From Methanosaeta sp. PtaU1.Bin060 (GTDB lineage: Archaea; Halobacteriota; Methanosarcinia; Methanotrichales; Methanotrichaceae): a DNA stretch of 64,000 nt. The notes below the pieces were generated by a model that was not told the origin of the DNA, searched no databases, and saw nothing but the letters and a program-made list of their open reading frames with translations. Below are positions 54,884 through 64,000 of the stretch, piece after piece; the first letter of the stretch is position 1; every line of letters starts with the position of its first letter. The DNA is taken from contig MVRK01000028.1 of assembly GCA_002067365.1 (NCBI GenBank), positions 1,362 through 65,361 on the forward strand. Direction: 5' to 3'. The position numbers and the translations under genes are program-made.

Positions 54884-56851
54884 ATGAGAAGCTCCCACCA
54901 ATCACGAGACACGAGTTCAAAAAAGCAATTCCATCTGGTCTCCGACTTTGCGCCCCGCGGCTCCCAGCCTGAGGCGATCGCGAAGCTGGTCAGGGGCCTT
55001 GAGTCAGGGCAGAGGTGGCAGACCCTCCTCGGCGTCACTGGATCGGGCAAGACATACACAGTCGCAAACGTCATCGCCCAGGTCCAGAAGCCGACGCTCG
55101 TCGTCGCCCACAACAAGACTCTGGCTGCGCAGCTCTTTGGCGAGTTCAGGGAGTTCTTCCCCGAGAATCGCGTCGAATACTTCGTCTCATACTACGATTA
55201 CTACCAGCCGGAGTCCTACATCCCCTCCAAGGACCAGTACATCGAGAAGGACTCCCACATCAACCCAAAGATCGAGCAGATGAGGCTGGCGGCAACTGCC
55301 TCCCTCGTCTCCCGAAAGGATGTGATAGTCGTCTCCTCGGTCTCCTGTCTCTACGGCCTCGGAAACCCCCAGACCTTCGAGGGCATGGGCTTCGAGCTGA
55401 AGGTCGGAGACAGGATGCAAAGGAGGGAGATCCTGGGAAGGCTCGTCGATATCCTCTACGAGCGAAACGATATCGAGCTTGCGCCTGGCCGCTTCAGGGT
55501 CAAGGGGGAGACCATAGACCTCATCCCTGGCTACTTCAATAACATCATCAGGATTGAGCTCTTCGGGGACGAGATCGAGCGCATCTCAGAGATCGACCGG
55601 CAGACAGGAGAGCGAAAGGAGGAGATGGGATACTTCTTCATCTACCCCGCACGCCACTATGTGATCCCAGAGGAGGTGAAGAAGAGCGCCATCCAGTCCA
55701 TCCTGGAGGAGCTGGACGAGCGGCTGCCAGCCCTCGGGATGATAGAGGCGCACAGGTTGAAGCAGAGGACACTATACGACATCGAGATGATCGAGGAGAC
55801 TGGGAGCTGCAAGGGAATCGAGAACTACTCCCGCCACTTCGACCGCCGAAGGCCTGGCGAGCCGCCCTACTGTCTCCTGGACTACTTCCCTTTGGACTTC
55901 CTCATGGTCATCGACGAGAGCCACCAGACACTGCCCCAGATCCACGGGATGTACCACGGCGACCGCTCCAGGAAGAAGAGCCTCGTCGACTACGGATTCA
56001 GGCTGCCGAGCGCCTATGACAACAGGCCTCTATACTTCGAGGAGTTCGAGAGGTACATGAGGAATGTGATCTTCGTCTCGGCGACGCCCGGAGACTACGA
56101 GCTAGAGCGCTCGGCAGAGATCGTCGAGCAGATCATCCGCCCGACGGGCCTCCTGGACCCGCTCGTGGAGACTAGACCTATCGAGGGGCAGGTGAGGGAC
56201 GTGATGCAGGAGATCGGCGGCGTTGTCGCAAAAGGCGAGAGGGCCCTCGTGACGACTCTGACGAAGAGGCTGGCAGAGGAGCTGACGGACTTCCTGAGCC
56301 AGCATGAGATCAGGGCGCGCTACCTTCACTCAGAGATCCAGGCTCTGGAGAGGACTGAGATCATCCGAGAGCTGCGCCTTGGGAAGTTCGACGTCCTCGT
56401 GGGCATCAACCTTCTGCGGGAGGGGCTTGATATTCCCGAGGTCGGGTTCATCGGCATCCTGGACGCAGACAAGGAGGGATTCCTGAGGGACGAGAGGAGC
56501 CTGATCCAGACGATCGGCAGGGCGTCGCGGAACGCCAACTCGAAGGTGATCCTCTATGCGGACCACGAGACGGGCTCGATCAGGGAGGCTGTGAGGAAGA
56601 CTGAGCAGAGGCGCACGATGCAGATGGCCTATAACGAGGCGCACGGCATCGTCCCGATGACCATCAAGAAGCCCATCAGGGAGAAGGTCGTCGAGATCAC
56701 AGACACCAGGCACATCCCGAAGTCAGAGATACCGAATACGATCATAGCGCTTGATGCCGAGATGAGGGAGGCAGCCGAGAGGCTCGACTTCGAGACGGCG
56801 ATTCAGCTGAGGGATAGGATCAGGAATCTGGAGAAGGAGATAAAGGGCTGA
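54884..56851 (+). CDS. uvrB: Excinuclease ABC subunit B
   Basis: FHLVSDFAPRGSQPEAIAKLV...LLGVTGSGKTYT...VVAHNKTLAAQL, and a C-terminal UVR domain (LDFETAIQLRDRIRNLE). I prefer the ATG at 54884 over the TTG at 54773. Confidence 0.9.
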   Translation: MRSSHQSRDTSSKKQFHLVSDFAPRGSQPEAIAKLVRGLESGQRWQTLLGVTGSGKTYTVANVIAQVQKPTLVVAHNKTLAAQLFGEFREFFPENRVEYFVSYYDYYQPESYIPSKDQYIEKDSHINPKIEQMRLAATASLVSRKDVIVVSSVSCLYGLGNPQTFEGMGFELKVGDRMQRREILGRLVDILYERNDIELAPGRFRVKGETIDLIPGYFNNIIRIELFGDEIERISEIDRQTGERKEEMGYFFIYPARHYVIPEEVKKSAIQSILEELDERLPALGMIEAHRLKQRTLYDIEMIEETGSCKGIENYSRHFDRRRPGEPPYCLLDYFPLDFLMVIDESHQTLPQIHGMYHGDRSRKKSLVDYGFRLPSAYDNRPLYFEEFERYMRNVIFVSATPGDYELERSAEIVEQIIRPTGLLDPLVETRPIEGQVRDVMQEIGGVVAKGERALVTTLTKRLAEELTDFLSQHEIRARYLHSEIQALERTEIIRELRLGKFDVLVGINLLREGLDIPEVGFIGILDADKEGFLRDERSLIQTIGRASRNANSKVILYADHETGSIREAVRKTEQRRTMQMAYNEAHGIVPMTIKKPIREKVVEITDTRHIPKSEIPNTIIALDAEMREAAERLDFETAIQLRDRIRNLEKEIKG

Positions 56852-56863
56852 TCCAGGCTTTTG

Positions 56864-57079
56864 TCATCTCATCCTTTTGAAGGGATAGCCTGCCATCTTG
56901 ATGTTGTGATGAAAGTAGGAGCCCTTCGAGGAGGCCTTCATCAGCCCCTCGTAAACCTCACTTGATACTCCAGAATATTGATAAACTCCTCCGCTGTGAA
57001 ATTCAATCTCCAAAGTGCTGGAAGCAGGATCGTATCCCACAGATGCGATGTTGCTGGATTGCACTGGCACTCTCTTCAT
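56864..57079 (-). CDS. KTSC-domain protein
   Basis: MKRVPVQSSNIASVGYDPASSTLEIEFHSGGVYQYSGVSSEVYEGLMKASSKGSYF is the KTSC pattern. Confidence 0.7.
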   Translation of the reverse strand: MKRVPVQSSNIASVGYDPASSTLEIEFHSGGVYQYSGVSSEVYEGLMKASSKGSYFHHNIKMAGYPFKRMR

Positions 57080-57146
57080 ATTCAGGACCTCTTCCATAAA
57101 GCTACACTCCAATTTAAACAGTCAAAAAAGAGTTTGAAATGAGAGA

Positions 57147-58805
57147 TCAGGCGTTAAGGCTCAAGGACCCGGCCCTGGTCGCCTTGATCATGGACTGGTA
57201 GTTCACAATGCCATCAAAGGGAAGCTGTACAAATCCTCCAAACTTATCTGTTCTGTAGGCATCAATGATCTGAGTAGAATATAAAGAGACACCAGGAACA
57301 TCCTCTGACACCATCTGCTGGATGTCAAAGGATAACTTCTTCTGCTCCTTTATAGAGGTCTCGCTCAACATTGAATCTACAAGAGCCATGAATTTTTGCG
57401 ACTCGTTCTTATATCCTGGCATATCGCAGTAGATCAGATCGATGTAGGCGCTCTTGAACGGACTATCTATCAATGTGGTTCCTTCAATTATGGTATCGAA
57501 GGTATGCTTGTGGAGAAATTCGTCAACCCAAACTGAGTAATCGACACCTTTGATCTCGACCTTTATGCCTGATTCTTTCATCCAGTTGCGGATCAACTCC
57601 GCTTCTCTTATGTAGTTGGCATCTGGTGCCGGTACATAAAGATCAATGGATAGATCGTCTCCATTGGGAAGCTCCCGAATTCCATCTTCGTCAGAGTCTT
57701 TAAATCCAGTGGTATTGAGCAGCAAATTAGCCCTAGTTACATTTCTGGTGTACTTTATAGCAGTTTCATCAAACCACCACATGTCTGGTGTTACATCAGG
57801 TGCGTATCCTCCCACTTCACCATAATTTAATACGGCAATTTCTGTGAGTTGTTTGTAGTCAATAGAATATGCCATAGCCTGTCTAACTGCAGTTATATTC
57901 AGCGGATAGTTGCGCATGTTGAAGATCAGATTATCCACAGAACCACTAGGCGTAACTGCAATCTTGATATTGGTCTCGCTTAACAGTGAAGGTATTGATA
58001 GACCTCTAATCATACCTGCAACGTCAATATTCCCCTTCTTGAGTGCCATGAGCATCGTATCTGCTCCTTTGAACATGTGAAGCTCAACTTTGGAGACGTT
58101 GGGCTTCTCTCCAAAGTAATTCTCATTGGCTTTTAGGATAATTACATTCCTCACTTTGTCAAGTTTCTCAAAGATGAAAGGGCCGTTTCCAACCATGTTA
58201 TCCGATTCTTTGGCTTTATCAGGGCTTACATCCTTCCATATATGCTCGGGGATTATTGTTGATAGTCCTGCCGGATGCAACCAGCTTAAGAAAGGCGAAA
58301 AGGGTTTTTTAAGTTTATAGACCAAGGTATGTTCATCTGGCGTTTCGATAGAGTCGAGATACTCATTCATGAATTCGTCGACTCTTGAATCCCTTTTGCG
58401 ATTAAATTCGCTGGAAAATTTTAAGTCTCTAGATGTGACGGGTTGGCCATCATGCCATTTTGCCTTCTCTTCGAGATGAATTATCCAGGTCTTTCCATCA
58501 TCTTTATTCACCCATGATTTGGCCAAAGCAGGTTTCATATCTCCATTCATATCCACGAAAATCAGGGGACTATTCACAGGAAGGATCACAGATTGATAGT
58601 AGCTATGCCCAGTGCCAGGAGGGAAAAACCCAACTCTATCATAGACTTTTGATACTCCAATTCGCAGAGTATTATCTTCGCTTGACTGATCCACTGATGC
58701 GAATACCGAATTGCATAACAAAAGGATCAATAGCGAAGTGACACCTGTCATTAGTACTATTTTTTCTATTTTCGTCAATTGAACACACCTCGTTGAGCTT
58801 AGCAT
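57147..58805 (-). CDS. ABC-transporter substrate-binding protein, family 5 (peptide/nickel type); orphan
   Basis: Signal/anchor sequence (LLILLLCNSVFA), then PALAKSWVNKDDGKTWIIHLEEKAKWHDGQPVTSRDLKFS. AT-rich. No permease or ATPase gene is adjacent. Confidence 0.8.
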   Translation of the reverse strand: MLSSTRCVQLTKIEKIVLMTGVTSLLILLLCNSVFASVDQSSEDNTLRIGVSKVYDRVGFFPPGTGHSYYQSVILPVNSPLIFVDMNGDMKPALAKSWVNKDDGKTWIIHLEEKAKWHDGQPVTSRDLKFSSEFNRKRDSRVDEFMNEYLDSIETPDEHTLVYKLKKPFSPFLSWLHPAGLSTIIPEHIWKDVSPDKAKESDNMVGNGPFIFEKLDKVRNVIILKANENYFGEKPNVSKVELHMFKGADTMLMALKKGNIDVAGMIRGLSIPSLLSETNIKIAVTPSGSVDNLIFNMRNYPLNITAVRQAMAYSIDYKQLTEIAVLNYGEVGGYAPDVTPDMWWFDETAIKYTRNVTRANLLLNTTGFKDSDEDGIRELPNGDDLSIDLYVPAPDANYIREAELIRNWMKESGIKVEIKGVDYSVWVDEFLHKHTFDTIIEGTTLIDSPFKSAYIDLIYCDMPGYKNESQKFMALVDSMLSETSIKEQKKLSFDIQQMVSEDVPGVSLYSTQIIDAYRTDKFGGFVQLPFDGIVNYQSMIKATRAGSLSLNA

Positions 58806-59039
58806 CGTTATCAGGCCATAAAGCCGATACGCATCTGTTCAGTTAACTAGAGTTATTATTAATAATACTTTCTGTTTCCATAGTAAATTATATGATTTAT
58901 TGTATTGATTTTCATAACACTATACAATTTGAGGTTCTAATTTTTTTTGATACTAAACCGCAAATCAAAAGGGTGTGATATCTAATTAGTGTGTCAATAA
59001 TATCATAATGTAGGCTCGTATCTTTTTTGACAACTGTAT

Positions 59040-59603
59040 CTACCCAATCTCCGAGTACCGGAAGCATTCTACCGTATGATCATTGACCATCCCCACAGCC
59101 TGCATGAATGCATAACAGATCGATGGCCCCACGAAGCTGAATCCTCGCTTCTTCAGACCCCGGCTCATCTTTCGAGACAATTCCGTCTCGGCAGGTATCT
59201 CTGCCTGATCTTTCCAGCTATTTCTGATCGGCCCTTCTCCGACGAATCCCCAGATGTATGTGTCGAAGCTTCCGAACTCCTTTTGAACTTCCAGGAACGC
59301 CCTGGCATTCTCGATGGCTGCCCCGATCTTGCGGCGGTTGCGCACTATTCCCCTTTCCGCCAGAAGCTCTTCGACCTTGCTGCCGTCGTAGCCCGCCGCC
59401 TTCGCAGGATCGAAGTTGTCGAAGGCCCTGCGGTAGTTCTCCCTCTTTCGCAGAATGGTGCTCCAGCTCAGGCCTGCCTGGGCACCCTCAAGCACAAGGA
59501 ACTCGAAGAGGCGGATGTCATCGTGAACGGGAACCCCCCACTCTTTATCGTGGTACTCCATGAGCAAAGCGTCCTTGTTTGCCCAACTGCACCGTCTTGT
59601 CAT
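59040..59603 (-). CDS. tag: DNA-3-methyladenine glycosylase I
   Basis: From the internal Met: MTRRCSWANKDALLMEYHDKEWGVPVHDDIRLFEFLVLEGAQAGLSWSTIL...VNDH. The track ORF start at 59852 is too far upstream. Confidence 0.85.
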   Translation of the reverse strand: MTRRCSWANKDALLMEYHDKEWGVPVHDDIRLFEFLVLEGAQAGLSWSTILRKRENYRRAFDNFDPAKAAGYDGSKVEELLAERGIVRNRRKIGAAIENARAFLEVQKEFGSFDTYIWGFVGEGPIRNSWKDQAEIPAETELSRKMSRGLKKRGFSFVGPSICYAFMQAVGMVNDHTVECFRYSEIG

Positions 59604-59669
59604 GGAAATCTCACCGGCTGCAAAAATGATGGAGACAAATGATAAATACTCTCCTTCCATGCAGAAACT

Positions 59670-59909
59670 ATGCTTAGGCAGATCGAGCAGGCCCTGGAGA
59701 GATGGGAGACCACGGACAGTCAGGATCAAGAGAAGATCAGGGCGATCCTCAGGCGATACATGGAAGGCGCCATCAAGCTGGACGAGGCTTACTCCGAACT
59801 CCTGGACGAAGATCTGATTCCCATGCCCCAGAGGTGCGGGATGCATTCCCATGCGGGCGAGGACGAGGGCCGGCTGAGAGATCGCATAAAGGAAAAGCTG
59901 TCCCTTTGA
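59670..59909 (+). CDS. Possible small helical protein (79 aa)
   Basis: ATG-initiated ORF in a gap, with plausible helical, charged composition. No homology recognised. Confidence 0.3.
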   Translation: MLRQIEQALERWETTDSQDQEKIRAILRRYMEGAIKLDEAYSELLDEDLIPMPQRCGMHSHAGEDEGRLRDRIKEKLSL

Positions 59910-59994
59910 CGGCTATTCTTCGAATATAAAATGGGCTGGATTAAATGGGCCTTTGAGATTGAGGGTGAGGCTGTTGGTCGAGAAGAGCGATGCC

Positions 59995-60147
59995 ATGAAG
60001 CAGCACGAGAAGTGGATCGAGGAGACTGTAAAACGCAAGCCGAAGCACACGAGAGAGGGGCTGCCCATTGAGCCGTGGCATGCTCTCATATTCTTGGGAG
60101 CTTTGCTTGCGATAATGATGGTGATAGGCTCTCTGCTGCATCGATAG
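59995..60147 (+). CDS. Possible small tail-anchored membrane protein (50 aa)
   Basis: MKQHEKWIEETVKRKPKHTREGLPIEPWHALIFLGALLAIMMVIGSLLHR has a charged head followed by one TM segment. Confidence 0.35.
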   Translation: MKQHEKWIEETVKRKPKHTREGLPIEPWHALIFLGALLAIMMVIGSLLHR

Positions 60148-60562
60148 ACCATAAGCGGGCTACAAGATTTAGCAGCTCATCCTCTTCGGTTCTTTCCAGA
60201 GAACAGGTTTTCGGATGAGGTTCGTGCTGCCATATATCTCGAAGCAGCGGCGATTCTGATACTCCAATGATGCCCACTTCGAGAAGATCAAAGGATCGTA
60301 CCTCATCAAGTCTGGAGCATATCTGAGGCAATCGGCAGAATACTGCTATAGCTCGACTGCATGCCCGATGCCACCTGCGAATAGCAGCCAAAACCCAGCC
60401 GCCTCCGCCCACGCGCACTCGAAGGGGCCGCCCGGGAGCGCGTGGATGCTTTCCATAAACAATTGTTATCAGCTTCGAGAATGACAGGAAAGCTTATGAT
60501 CACCGGCGATTTAAACTCCATCGAAAATAAAAGATAATCCAAAGCAGTTATTGAATGCGGAG

Positions 60563-61525
60563 ATGGGAATGACAGAGGATCTCAAAGAGATTTACAGCGC
60601 TGCTCCCGGCATCTTCCAGAGGCTTGGAGGCGAGATCGACAAGGTGATAGTCGGCCAGAAAGTTGCGATCGAGCAGCTCCTGGTGGCCATCCTGGCCGGG
60701 GGCCACGCTCTCCTGGAGTCCAACCCCGGCCTCGCCAAGACGCTGCTCGTGAAGACGACCGCAGCGACGATGGGCCTTGACTACAGCAGGATTCAGTGTA
60801 CCCCGGACCTGATGCCAGCTGACATCACTGGCACCACCATCATCGAGGAGACTGACGGCAGCAAGATGTTCAGGTTCGAGGAGGGACCTGTCTTCGCCAA
60901 CATAGTCCTGGCGGACGAGATCAACAGGGCCTCCCCCAAGACCCAGAGCGCTCTCCTGGAGGCGATGCAGGAGAAGCAGGTGACCGTCGGCAACAAGACA
61001 TACCAGCTCGACCGACCCTTCTTCATCCTGGCGACTCAAAACCCCATAGAGATGGAGGGCACCTTCCCGCTGCCCGAGGCACAGCTCGACAGATTCCTCC
61101 TCAAGATCTTCATGGATTACCCCACCTTCGAGGAGGAGCTGGAAATCCTCGACAGGTACACAGTCAGCAGCGAGCCGACGGTGCAAAAGGTCGTCACGAA
61201 GGAGGAGGTCATCGCGCTGCAGCAGCTCTGCCGCCAGATCCCCGTCTCCGACGAGCTGAAGAAGAGCGCTGCGAACCTCGTGCTGACCACCCGCCAGTGG
61301 GAGGGCGTCCAGTACGGGGCTAGCCCCAGGGCGACCATCGGCCTGATCCTCTCGGCCAAGGCGAGGGCCTTCCTGAACGGCAGGAACTACGCCTCCAAGG
61401 AGGACCTGCACGTCATGGCCTACCCGATCTTAAGACACAGGATCATCCTGAGCTTCGAGGCTGAGAGGAAGGGTCTGACGCGGGACCAGGTCGTGACGGA
61501 CATCCTGAAGCATCTCAACCTCTGA
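60563..61525 (+). CDS. moxR: MoxR-family AAA+ ATPase
   Basis: VIVGQKVAIEQLLVAILAGGHALLESNPGLAKT...IQCTPDLMPADITG...LADEINRASPKTQSALLEAMQE. The track gives a TTG start at 60551; ATG codons occur at 60563 and 60569. Confidence 0.85.
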   Translation: MGMTEDLKEIYSAAPGIFQRLGGEIDKVIVGQKVAIEQLLVAILAGGHALLESNPGLAKTLLVKTTAATMGLDYSRIQCTPDLMPADITGTTIIEETDGSKMFRFEEGPVFANIVLADEINRASPKTQSALLEAMQEKQVTVGNKTYQLDRPFFILATQNPIEMEGTFPLPEAQLDRFLLKIFMDYPTFEEELEILDRYTVSSEPTVQKVVTKEEVIALQQLCRQIPVSDELKKSAANLVLTTRQWEGVQYGASPRATIGLILSAKARAFLNGRNYASKEDLHVMAYPILRHRIILSFEAERKGLTRDQVVTDILKHLNL

Positions 61526-61564
61526 AGGGGCAGCAGACAAAAGGGATGACGGAAAAATCGGACG

Positions 61565-62422
61565 ATGGACACTGAATTCTTCCACGAGCTGGAGCGCTTC
61601 TCCCTTCTGGTGAAGAAGCGCGTCTCCACCGCCTATTCGGGCGGCAGGAAGTCGCTTCGCTTCGGCCACGGCATCAGCCCAGTGGGCTACAGGGAGTACC
61701 GCAAGGGAGACGACTTCAAGCTTGTGGACTGGAAGGTCTACGGCAGGACTGAGAAGCTCTACATCCGGGAGCATGAGGAGGAGAGAAGCCTCGTGGTACA
61801 CGTCCTCCTCGACGCGAGCGGCAGCATGGGCTACGAGGGCAAGTTCACCTACGCCTCACGCCTGGCAGCGGGCTTCGCCTACCTCGCGACTCTGGAGAAT
61901 GAGAAGTACGCCCTCTCCCTCTTCTGCAAGAGGCTCTACCCCGGAGAGCCCAGGCGCGGGCGCAGGTATCTCTTCCAGGCCATCGATGGGCTGGACAGGA
62001 CTATGCCGAAGGGCGGGACAACCTTCGATCTTGTCGCCGATGAGTTCGAGATTCAGGTCAAATCCACCAGCCTTGTTGTGCTGATCTCCGACCTTCTCGG
62101 AGAGACCGACGAGATCGTCTCGGGCATCTACAGGCTATCCGGACATGATCTGATTGTGGCCCAGATCCTGGCCCCTGCCGAGAGGGATTTCCGCTTTGGG
62201 GGGGATGCGAAGTTTGTGGATCTGGAGACGGGAGTTCCCCTCGTCACCCGCGTGACTGAGGAGGAGAGGCGCGAGTATCTGAAGAGACTGGATGATCACA
62301 ATTCCAGGATTGCAGCGACGTGCAATCATGTAGGCGCCGACTTCTTCAGCTTCAGGACGGATAGGCCCATCTTCGACGCCTTCTCGGAGATGCTCTCCCG
62401 GGCAGTCGTTTGGAAGAACTGA
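61565..62422 (+). CDS. DUF58 (vWA-like) protein, usual MoxR partner
   Basis: GYREYRKGDDFKLVDWKVYGRTEKLYIREHEEER...LLDASGSM is the DUF58 signature. Confidence 0.8.
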   Translation: MDTEFFHELERFSLLVKKRVSTAYSGGRKSLRFGHGISPVGYREYRKGDDFKLVDWKVYGRTEKLYIREHEEERSLVVHVLLDASGSMGYEGKFTYASRLAAGFAYLATLENEKYALSLFCKRLYPGEPRRGRRYLFQAIDGLDRTMPKGGTTFDLVADEFEIQVKSTSLVVLISDLLGETDEIVSGIYRLSGHDLIVAQILAPAERDFRFGGDAKFVDLETGVPLVTRVTEEERREYLKRLDDHNSRIAATCNHVGADFFSFRTDRPIFDAFSEMLSRAVVWKN

Positions 62423-62485
62423 AGGGCACTGCAGGCTCGGATTTGAGGGCGGGATAGGAAAATTGAGGGCGACTGAAGACTTGAA

Positions 62486-63718
62486 TTGGCAGGGGAATAT
62501 AAGTTGCCAGCGAAATTGAAGCTCGGCTACGGCCAGGGTCTCCTGGAGTTGCATGTCGACGAGGAGGTCGATGTGGTTCTTCCCGAGGAGCTTCCCCCGG
62601 CAGGAGCCGGCGAGGTCGAGAGATCGCTGGAGAACTCGATAGGGGTGAGCCTCTCAGACCTGCAGGGCAGATCAGCATCGATTCTCGTGAGCGACATCAC
62701 GAGGCCCGCTCCAAGCCATCTCATGCTGCCCCCGCTCGTGAAGAGGCTGAAAGAGCAGGGCATCACGAAGATCGAGATAGTCTTTGCCCTGGGCACCCAC
62801 AGGAGGATGACTCCCGATGAGGAGAAGCTGCTTCTGAAGGGCTGCTTCGGTTTGCCACACAGGCAGCACGATTTGTCCAGGTGCACACTCCTCGGCGAGA
62901 CCTCTCGGGGCACTCCTGTCGAGATCCTGGAGAGCGTTGCCTCCTCCGACCTGATAGTGGCAACGGGCAACATCGAGTACCACTACTATGCTGGCTACAG
63001 CGGCGGGGCGAAAGCGATTCTGCCCGGTGTCAGCTCCGAGAAGTCTGTGGTCAGGAACCACGAGCTGATGAGGGACCCGCTTGCCACTTCAGGGCGACTG
63101 GACAGCCCTGTCAGGCAGGACATGGTGGAGGCCGCCAGCCTGGCAGGCCTCGACTACATCCTGAACGTCGTCCTGAACAGCCGCAGCGAGATAGTTCGAT
63201 CTGTGGCAGGCGATTTCCTTCAGGCCCACAGGGCAGGGGCGGCGGTGGTGGACGGGATGTACCGCAGGATCGTTGAGCCCGCCGAGATCGTGGTCACATG
63301 CGCCGGGGGCAGGCCGAAGGATCTGAACCTCTTCCAGGCCCAAAAGGCTCTGGATAACGCTAAGAGGGCGGCCATCCCAGGAGGAACTATCATCCTCGTG
63401 GCCGAATGCAGCGAGGGCCTGGGAAACAAGGTCTTCGAACGCTGGGCCTGCGATGCCCTCTCCGCTGAGCAGTGCTGGGAGCGCTTCGGAAGGGAGTACG
63501 AGTTCGGAGGGCATAAAGCAGCATTCCTGGCAAAGGAGTCCCTGGAGCACCAGTTGATCCTTGTCTCGGCTCTGCCTGCCGAGTTGGCGAGGATGTGCTT
63601 CTTCGAGCCCGCAAGAACTCTCGATGAGGCGCTAGCCAGGGCTAGGTCGCGACACGGTAATGATGCCCGCATGCTGATCATGCCTTACGGGAACCTGACC
63701 CTCGCCCTTCCAGGTTGA
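62486..63718 (+). CDS. larA: LarA-family (DUF2088) nickel-dependent racemase/epimerase
   Basis: ILVSDITRPAP...ALGTHRRMT...TGNIEYHYYAGYSGGAKAILPG...GGHKAA motifs. Apparent TTG start. Confidence 0.75.
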   Translation: MAGEYKLPAKLKLGYGQGLLELHVDEEVDVVLPEELPPAGAGEVERSLENSIGVSLSDLQGRSASILVSDITRPAPSHLMLPPLVKRLKEQGITKIEIVFALGTHRRMTPDEEKLLLKGCFGLPHRQHDLSRCTLLGETSRGTPVEILESVASSDLIVATGNIEYHYYAGYSGGAKAILPGVSSEKSVVRNHELMRDPLATSGRLDSPVRQDMVEAASLAGLDYILNVVLNSRSEIVRSVAGDFLQAHRAGAAVVDGMYRRIVEPAEIVVTCAGGRPKDLNLFQAQKALDNAKRAAIPGGTIILVAECSEGLGNKVFERWACDALSAEQCWERFGREYEFGGHKAAFLAKESLEHQLILVSALPAELARMCFFEPARTLDEALARARSRHGNDARMLIMPYGNLTLALPG

Positions 63719-63750
63719 TGATCCTAACAGACTATATTATTCGGATGGTC

Positions 63751-64000
63751 TTATGCCTCGGCCGCCTCATAATCCGTATCTATGGCATCCTGCAGACCGT
63801 CCTCGGTGTGAGCAGTCACCATATGCTCTGAGACATCCTGATCGGAGAGAATATCCAGGAAGCGCTTGGTGAAGCCGTCCTGCTCTGAGGCCTTCTGGCT
63901 CTCGAAGATGTTCCTGTACTCCGAGATGGTGGAAGGCGCAACCCCCAATGCCTCTGCCATCTCCTTCACAGACTTTCCGGCAGCGGAGAGGCGGTCCAGG
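63751..64000 (-). CDS. HTH protein, C-terminal part (the gene runs off the right edge)
   Basis: The frame stays open to the window edge: ...LDRLSAAGKSVKEMAEALGVAPSTISEYRNIFESQ..., followed by an acidic tail. Confidence 0.5.
   Translation of the reverse strand, partial: LDRLSAAGKSVKEMAEALGVAPSTISEYRNIFESQKASEQDGFTKRFLDILSDQDVSEHMVTAHTEDGLQDAIDTDYEAAEA

Noticed and set aside
60148-60550. SRP RNA or RNase P RNA in the gap before moxR
   Set aside because: I did not find the helix-8 GGAA/AGCA-type SRP motifs or the GAGGAAAGUCC RNase P CR-I box on either strand. The region is left as an unassigned structured or TAG-ORF candidate.
1-64000. tRNA genes
   Set aside because: I scanned for T-arm GGTTCGAATCC / GGTTCAAATCC-like motifs on both strands. 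The only partial hits (about 20966 and 38829) lie inside well-supported coding genes and have no complementary T-stem.

Overview
This is a chromosomal window from a methanogen-type euryarchaeon. The markers are Ftr, archaeal PurO, porGDAB, iorAB, proteasome beta, aCPSF1, RadB, homologues of the Methanosarcina MA1821/MA1822 homocysteine genes, and H4MPT-linked genes. By eye the bulk GC is in the high 50s to low 60s percent, which suggests Methanosarcinales or Methanotrichales, but the taxon is not proven.

The left 9.4 kb holds a minus-strand type I-B CRISPR-Cas gene set in an unusual order: cas1-cas2-cas4-cas8b-cas7-cas5-cas3, then toxin-antitoxin debris, then cas6. No CRISPR array is visible in the window. 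This locus is the most unusual part:
- It is a sharp GC mosaic, with one composition break inside cas1.
- cas8b carries a single in-frame TAG.
- A RelE/ParE toxin, an unlisted 58-codon acidic ORF and a truncated, frameshifted HicB remnant lie between cas3 and cas6.

The rest of the window is mostly housekeeping, with these items worth a second look:
- a bacterial-type tRNA-guanine transglycosylase paired with a YhhQ-type 7-deazaguanine transporter;
- a roughly 1280-aa protein made almost entirely of TPR repeats;
- a perfect-phase 5 x 15-bp tandem repeat in a divergent intergenic region;
- a co-directional psmB-aCPSF1-wHTH-wHTH-zinc-finger Ski2-like helicase block;
- an AT-rich islet carrying an orphan ABC substrate-binding protein;
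- a 400-nt unassigned gap before moxR, which holds either a second TAG-interrupted ORF or a structured RNA.

I recognised no rRNA, tRNA, IS element or CRISPR array. Many long ORFs in the track are antisense shadows of real genes, as expected for GC-rich DNA. All identifications come from reading motifs by eye; no searches were run.
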